Shown piece after piece: positions 57,113 to 64,000 of a DNA stretch of 64,000 nucleotides (position 1 is its first letter; each line of letters begins with the position of its first letter). The stretch lies in NCBI RefSeq assembly GCF_009914755.1, contig NC_060930.1. One strand, given 5' to 3'. Below the pieces are notes generated by a model. That model had not been told where the DNA came from. It made no database searches and saw only the letters and a program-made list of their open reading frames with translations. Source of the stretch: the human T2T-CHM13v2.0 reference genome, Homo sapiens. Position numbers and translations under genes: made by a program.

Positions 57113-58783
57113 TCAAAGTTAGTGTCAGTGGTCAACTTCTCCCGAACCGTCCCATGAGATGAAAATGAACTAGAAACCGAAAGCTGTAAGAATTGGGTCC
57201 TCTTTGTTGTCTGCATGGAGACAAAGTCTGCTCACCGTGTAGCTGCTTTTTTTTAATGTATAGTGTTGTAAATGGATGAGCTTTTCCAAAGGGTTGCTTC
57301 AAGTGACCAAATAAAAATAGTGTATGTTAGATCTGCCTTTCCCTTTAGCAGGAGTAGGCTGTGAACACCGAGATGCTTAGTGAAGCCTGAGCGGCTCTGC
57401 CAGCCGAGGAGGGCTTGCAGACTTTGCCCCTCCTGGAAGAGAGGCGGCAAGGACACAGATCACCAGGGGTCAGAGTTGGGCGGAGTGTGGCACCAGCCCA
57501 TATGCCTTATTCTGCCTCTCTAACGCCACACTTCCTTGGCAGAGACTTGGAGGCAAGTTTGTGGACTTGTTTGAAATGACTGTGCTGTTTTTGTTGGAGT
57601 CTCAAAGGCCATTTGATCTCTTTGTAGTGAGTTGGATTTTTTTTTTTTAAATTTCCTATTTTCCGTGCTCCAGAGTATTTGTGCCCTGCTCTTCTTGGTC
57701 TATCCTTGGTCATTAGGGTGGATGTGTCAGGCAGATGCCAACCCCTTGCTGGGTGTGGCAGGAAGACGGTGGCTATAGAAGACATTACTGTGGCATAAAG
57801 CACACAGAGACCTGTTCTTTTCTTTGCCAGGGATAACTTACACGCTCTGTTCAACAGGGTTGGCAATGTCACTTACGTGTCAACAGGAAAAACAGGAAAA
57901 AAAAAAAGAGTGGTATTGAGAATCCAAAAGACAGCGTTCCAAGCAAGTGGCTGCCTGGAAGGCCCTTTGGCAATGGAGAGCTTGTCCTGTAGAGAGGGAT
58001 GAACAACAGAGCGTGGCAGGAAGGCAGTGGGAAGAAACTTGCTGGTGACCTTTCTCGCCATTTCTTGCAACTGGCCCTTCCCGTCAGCTGGGCTGATTCC
58101 TCCTGCCAAGTGGGTCCTTGGACAGAGGCAAACTAAAAAGTGGGCAGTGGGGCTGTTGGCATGGTCTGTGCTGTGGGCTAACTGGGGCCAAAGAGAAATT
58201 GCCAGCAACAGGAAGTTGCCTGATGAGTCCTCAGCTGGCTGTGCCTTTGCCAGGCAGGCTTTTAAAACTCAGACATGGGGTGTTGAGTTATTGAACGAGA
58301 CTTTGGCTGGGGCTCAGAGTCTGCCTGCAGCTGTGGCAGAGGGCCTGTGTTTTCTCTATTAAACATGGAATACACGTATGTCTAGGAGCAGAGTATCATG
58401 CAAGGCAGGGGGACTTGAGCCTGGCGAGGCTGGTCTGGAGGCCTGGCGGGCTGCACAGTAAGAACCCCAGGAGCCCTGGGCCAGCCTGGCCCCACCAGTG
58501 CTTGTGTCTCCTGATCCTGATCTGGAAAGTAAGGATGATGGCACCTAGCACACAGTGAGGTTGGAAGGATGCAGGGAGGTCACCAATTGCCCTTCTTCCC
58601 CTTTCCTTTCTGTCTTTGGATCACTGAGGCACTTTCGTCAGCACAACTGGCTTCCCAGCCTCTTTTTTTTTGGCAGAGAAGAGTTTAATGAAAAAATAGG
58701 GATTTGCATTACAAACTAGGGACAAAAAGAAGACATCGTTTTAAACTTGAAGTTATAGAAAATAATCAAGCGTGTCTTACCTC

Positions 58784-59040
58784 TTTTTAAAATTATTATT
58801 ATACTTTAAGTTCTGGGATACATGTGCAGAATGTGCAGGTTTGTTACATAGGTATACATGTGCCACGCTGGTTTGCTGCACCCATCAACCCATCATCTAC
58901 CTTAGGTATTTCTCCTGACGCTATCCGTCTCCTAGCTCCCCACCTCCACTACAGGCCCCGGTGTGTGATGTTCCCCTCCCTGTGTCCATGGTTCTCATTG
59001 TTCAGCTTCCACTTACGAGACATGTGGTGTTTGGTTCTTT
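58784..59040 (-). mobile_element. L1PA 3' end, heavily 5'-truncated
   Basis: ttattatactttaagttctgggatacatgtgcagaatgtgcaggtttgttacatagg. Confidence 0.9.
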
Positions 59041-59832
59041 CCCCTGCTGTTTTCTGTGCCACAGTACTTTCCTACCTGCCTTCCTCTGTCCCTGCTTTCT
59101 TCTTTTCCAGACTTTTCTCTTTCATCTTGTTTTTTTTTTTTTGAAAAAAAAAAAACAAAAAAAAACACAAGTTATTATTCAGAGTCATCTTCAGAATCAC
59201 AAAATAAAGAAGTAAAAAAGAGAAGTTTTAGAGAGCAGCGCTGTGAGAGCTGCAGTGTGAATCACTGCGCTGGGGTGGGCTGGAGGATCAGGGCCTGTCA
59301 GGTGGAATGCTGGCTCTGAAATTAACTTGCTGAAGAGATAATGACACTCCCGTTCCTCATCCTGCTGGGACAGTGATGCACAGGAAAGTGACTTGGAGAC
59401 TACTCAGAGCTGAGGCCACACAAAGATTTGACTGAGCAGAGATGCTGATCTTCACCTAATGCTTTATTTGCCACGTTTATTTCTGATACAGGCTTCTCCT
59501 TTTTCTCTCCATTGAAACAGCGGGTGCCATGGTTTTGCTCTCATCCTGTCTGAGATGACACTTGAAGTGGGATATGTTTGACCTTTTCAAGGCAAACAGA
59601 AAGCCAAGTTCAAGGAGTCATCAGCCAGCTCCCTGCAACTTAGGTGGTCGTAAGGGACCTCTTGCCAGAGCTGCTTGAGGTCTCCCCTTTAATTTTGTCC
59701 ACCTGGATGACAGTGAAGATGGGGTTGAACGGCAAGTGTCCCATGTCTGTCCTCTTTCTTCCATCTTCCCTCTCCATGCCCCTCAGCCCTCTATTTCCAG
59801 ATCTTTATTTCCTTTCTGGGCTTCTGAATTAG

Positions 59833-60724
<892 letters not shown>

Positions 60725-62215
60725 CTATCTGTGAAACTCAAGGGTCCGTCTGACCAGCTGTCCTGCCCTGATGTCTCTCCCTGTCTGTCTTTCTGCCTGA
60801 ATGCCTGATCCAAAGCAGCTTTCTGCTAGATATCCCTTTTTATCCCCATGAATATGGAGAGCTGCTTACAAGAAGAATCTTAGCAGAACCCTATTAGAAT
60901 TTGCTTCGGTCGTTTATTGTCCTTCATGCATTTCATTGAAGCTAAAACCTGTAAGATTTTTGGAGGCTTCTCAGGTAATGGTATGCGAAGGTCAGGATGG
61001 TTAGATACCGTATTTCCAGATGCTCTCCGCTCTTTTATGCACTTACGTTATTTAGGAACTTATTTCAAGCAGACCATTTGAGAATCTGAGGAAAGCTATG
61101 GGTCCCCAGAAGATTGCTTATGCACATACGTTAGGAATTGCAGACAATTCCAGGGAGCTCCCCAGTCTTACGATGTTTATTCACAGCTTTCCCTGTTAGG
61201 AATTTATGAACCGTCAGTTTGTGATCCTTACTTTGAGTAAACATCTGAATAGCCTAGCCTGTGTCTTAATATTATTGATATTGCAGAATCAGTTATCAAG
61301 TACCTGCAATATGAACAGCACTGTGTTTATATAGTCAAGTGATATTTTGAACTTTGTTTTTATCTTAGTCTAATTGCTTGGGTGAGATTAGCTATTAATG
61401 CTTTATTTTTTTAATGTGCTAAGAGATGTTGAGGAACGTTAAATAAATAACAACCCCTAGATGGCAAATAAATTATTAGGTTGAGACCAGAATAGATTAT
61501 ATTGATGATGGTGGTTAGACATCCCCAGATTTTTTTTTTCTTTTTTTTTTTTTTTTTTACTCTGCACTTCAATGGATGCAAACCCAGGTTGTTAAACACC
61601 AATCGCAGCATTACGTGCTGGGATGTTTTGGCATTTTGAAAGTTTTATTTTCTATCATTAGTGAACAAAATGGGTTTTTTTTTGGAGTAAGAATTTTAAC
61701 ATTTTGATCCCAAACCAAACTTTTATGGATCTCTTTAGTAAAATAAATAGCTGTCTGATGGACTAGGAGGGGTGTTTTTTATGCTCAGCGTAAGGGACGC
61801 TCAGGTGGCTGTGGCTCCTGTGTTCCCCGGCAAGGGCGTTGCCAGTGAATTTCACCCTTCCCCTTTCCATGTCAGCAAATTAGCTAAGCCCTTGTTGTCG
61901 TTTGCCCTTTTTCTTTTAAAGAAGTAATAGGCACAATTACTATCTAATTTTGGCTTGCCACTGTGTGGGTGCCTGGAATCTCATCCGATCTTTAATATTT
62001 ACCCAGGGGGGTGGGTGTAGTGTCGCATTATTCATTCACTCATTAAATCCCCTTCACCGAGGCCTGCTCAGATGCTTGCCATTGTTCAAAGTTCTGAAAT
62101 CGTCACCTGGCTGCCTTCTGTCAATATTCTTGCGTAGAGATTGTAGTCCAATGAAAACCTTGTACTGAGTGAAAGAAGATGTGTTTGAGTTTCAAGGCAT
62201 TTTCTGTGCCTTTCA

Positions 62216-62325
62216 TGACTCATAGCAGATTCTCACCTTGTGATAAAGTTCCGGCTCCACAGTGGTGGCTGCTTTTGCTTTTGCAAAAGTAAGTTGTGAG
62301 AAATTGTTCTGAGTCATTTTGCAAT
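62216..62325. promoter_or_regulatory. Candidate AP-1/C/EBP/GATA enhancer cluster
   Basis: TGACTCA 62216-62222, TGATAA 62241-62246, TGAGTCA 62310-62316 directly followed by TTTTGCAAT. Confidence 0.4.
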
Positions 62326-62960
62326 TTCCTCTATAGACTCAGCTAAGAGTAGATGTGTGTGTCATGAGTAGATGTGTCTGGAGTTGAGGGAGGAGGGGTC
62401 ATGGAAAAACTCTGCCTGGAAGTGCTTCATCCAGGTACACATGATGGTATTTTCACCATCTCAAACACTAGCTTCTAACTGCTGAAGGTTAAGATGGGAT
62501 CATTCGTTTTGTAAATCCGTCTCCTGCTGTCTTGATAATAACATGAAGAAAAGGGCAAGAAAAACATGGATGTGTCATTAGTATGGAAGGAAGGAGGAGA
62601 ATGGAGGTTTGTTTTAAAGGCACCCCCAATTCTCTTTCCCTCTTTCATCCTTTCGTTGGTTCTTGCCCCTTCCACACCCCGACTGTGTTTGTTCAGCCTC
62701 CAGCGCATGCTGCCGCCTCTGCTATTCACCTGCCTTTGCGCTCTCTCATTCTTTGCTGCCACCTGAGTCCTCTGGTGTTTTCAGAAAACAGCTGGCAGAG
62801 GAGGAGGCTCTGAGATGTGCAGTTGCTTAGAAGGTTCTGGCCTGGCATCTGCACAGCGGGGATTTCATCACCAACTGCTCAGAAACCACAAATGCTGCAT
62901 GCCTGGAGGAGTCCTGCCATCTTCCTACCTTGCATGCCACTCTCAGCTGGTTTTGGGATT

Positions 62961-63268
62961 TTCTATTTATTTGTTTGTTTGTTTGTTTGAGATGGGTCTC
63001 GCTCTGTCACCCAAGCTGGAGTGAAATGGTGCGATCTTGGCTGACTGCAACCTTTGCCTTCCAGGTTCAAGCAGTTCTCCCACCTCAGCCTCGCATGTAG
63101 CTGGGATTACAGGCATGCACAACTGCACACAGCTAATTTTTGTATTTTTGGTAGAGATGGGGTTTTGACATGTTGTCCAGGCTTGTCTCGAACTCCTGAC
63201 TTCAGATGATCCACCCACCTCGGCCTCCCAAAGTGCTGGGATTACAGGCATGAGCCAATGCACTCAGC
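62961..63268 (-). mobile_element. Alu (S-like)
   Basis: TSD gggatttt. Confidence 0.92.
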
Positions 63269-64000
63269 TGGGATTTTTAAGAGTTTATTCCCTTCTTGGT
63301 TCATTCAGGCATAGATAAAGGGCAGTCTGAGGGCCCGGGTGACACACCCATCAGGACAGGTTGGTGCTCTGCCTTCCTCTCATTTGAGCACCGAGGTCTT
63401 GAATTTGGGGCTTATACAGATGAGTTACCAAGATGGGGAAAGGTGGACCATCAAGCAGTAATACAACGTGAGGCTTACAGGTAACTTCTAAGTGTGGGGC
63501 TTTAAAGAAAGTCTCTGTTCACATTCTGTCACCCTCACTCTGTCTCTTCCATCTTTTTCTTGCCTGAGTGTCCTGGTTCTGCTGCCTTCTCTAGATCCCC
63601 AGCTCTTCTCACCACCAGGGATACCTGGCTTTGGTTCCCATGTATTTATTGATTTCTATTTTTAAGAAGTTTGATCAAAACTGTCAAGTTATTTATTGAA
63701 AATGATAGTTGTCTTAGTTTAAATCTTATTCCATTTCTGTTAGAAGTCAGTGTAGATTATAGAGTGGTAAAGTCTCAGATAAATACTTATATAAATAAAG
63801 ATAGGTATTGTTCCATATAAGATTATCATTATTTTGAGAACCTGTTGATGAGGGTGCCAGATGTGACTGTTGCATTACTCAAATCCAGCAAAAAACACTG
63901 AACAAAAACCATAATTAAAGGGGCACACAGGGTATCTGTGCTCACTTTAAGGCAAGTAGCCCTTGGCAGTACCCCTGCTTAATTAAGGTTGCCAGGATAT

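Overview
Primate (almost certainly human) genomic DNA from inside the TIAM2 (STEF) Rac1-GEF gene, transcribed on the + strand. Eight constitutive-looking GT-AG coding exons (2373-2558, 3221-3367, 14772-14933, 16995-17099, 17334-17412, 20182-20274, 21193-21456, 49137-49240) total 1140 nt. They splice into one open 380-codon frame covering the CC-Ex region, Ras-binding domain, PDZ domain and the linker before the DH domain. The ORF track misses a 72-nt in-frame cassette exon (6804-6875). A probable internal first exon/promoter for the short isoform TIAM2S lies near 54.9-55.0 kb. The rest is intron, with about 35 Alu copies or fragments, L1/L2/MIR remnants, MaLR/ERV solo LTRs (two THE1, two MLT1, LTR16, MER52), a Charlie DNA transposon, microsatellites and a 29-bp minisatellite. 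Nearly all ORF-track entries are repeat-derived or chance ORFs. I found no new protein-coding system, RNA gene or CRISPR array. The most interesting leads are RNA-processing and regulatory hypotheses: a stop-free 333-nt candidate circRNA, a recursive-splice-type exon start, a sense THE1 LTR that could drive a truncated GEF, alternative first exons, and a motif-dense VNTR near the internal promoter. Repeat subfamily calls and boundaries are by eye and approximate.
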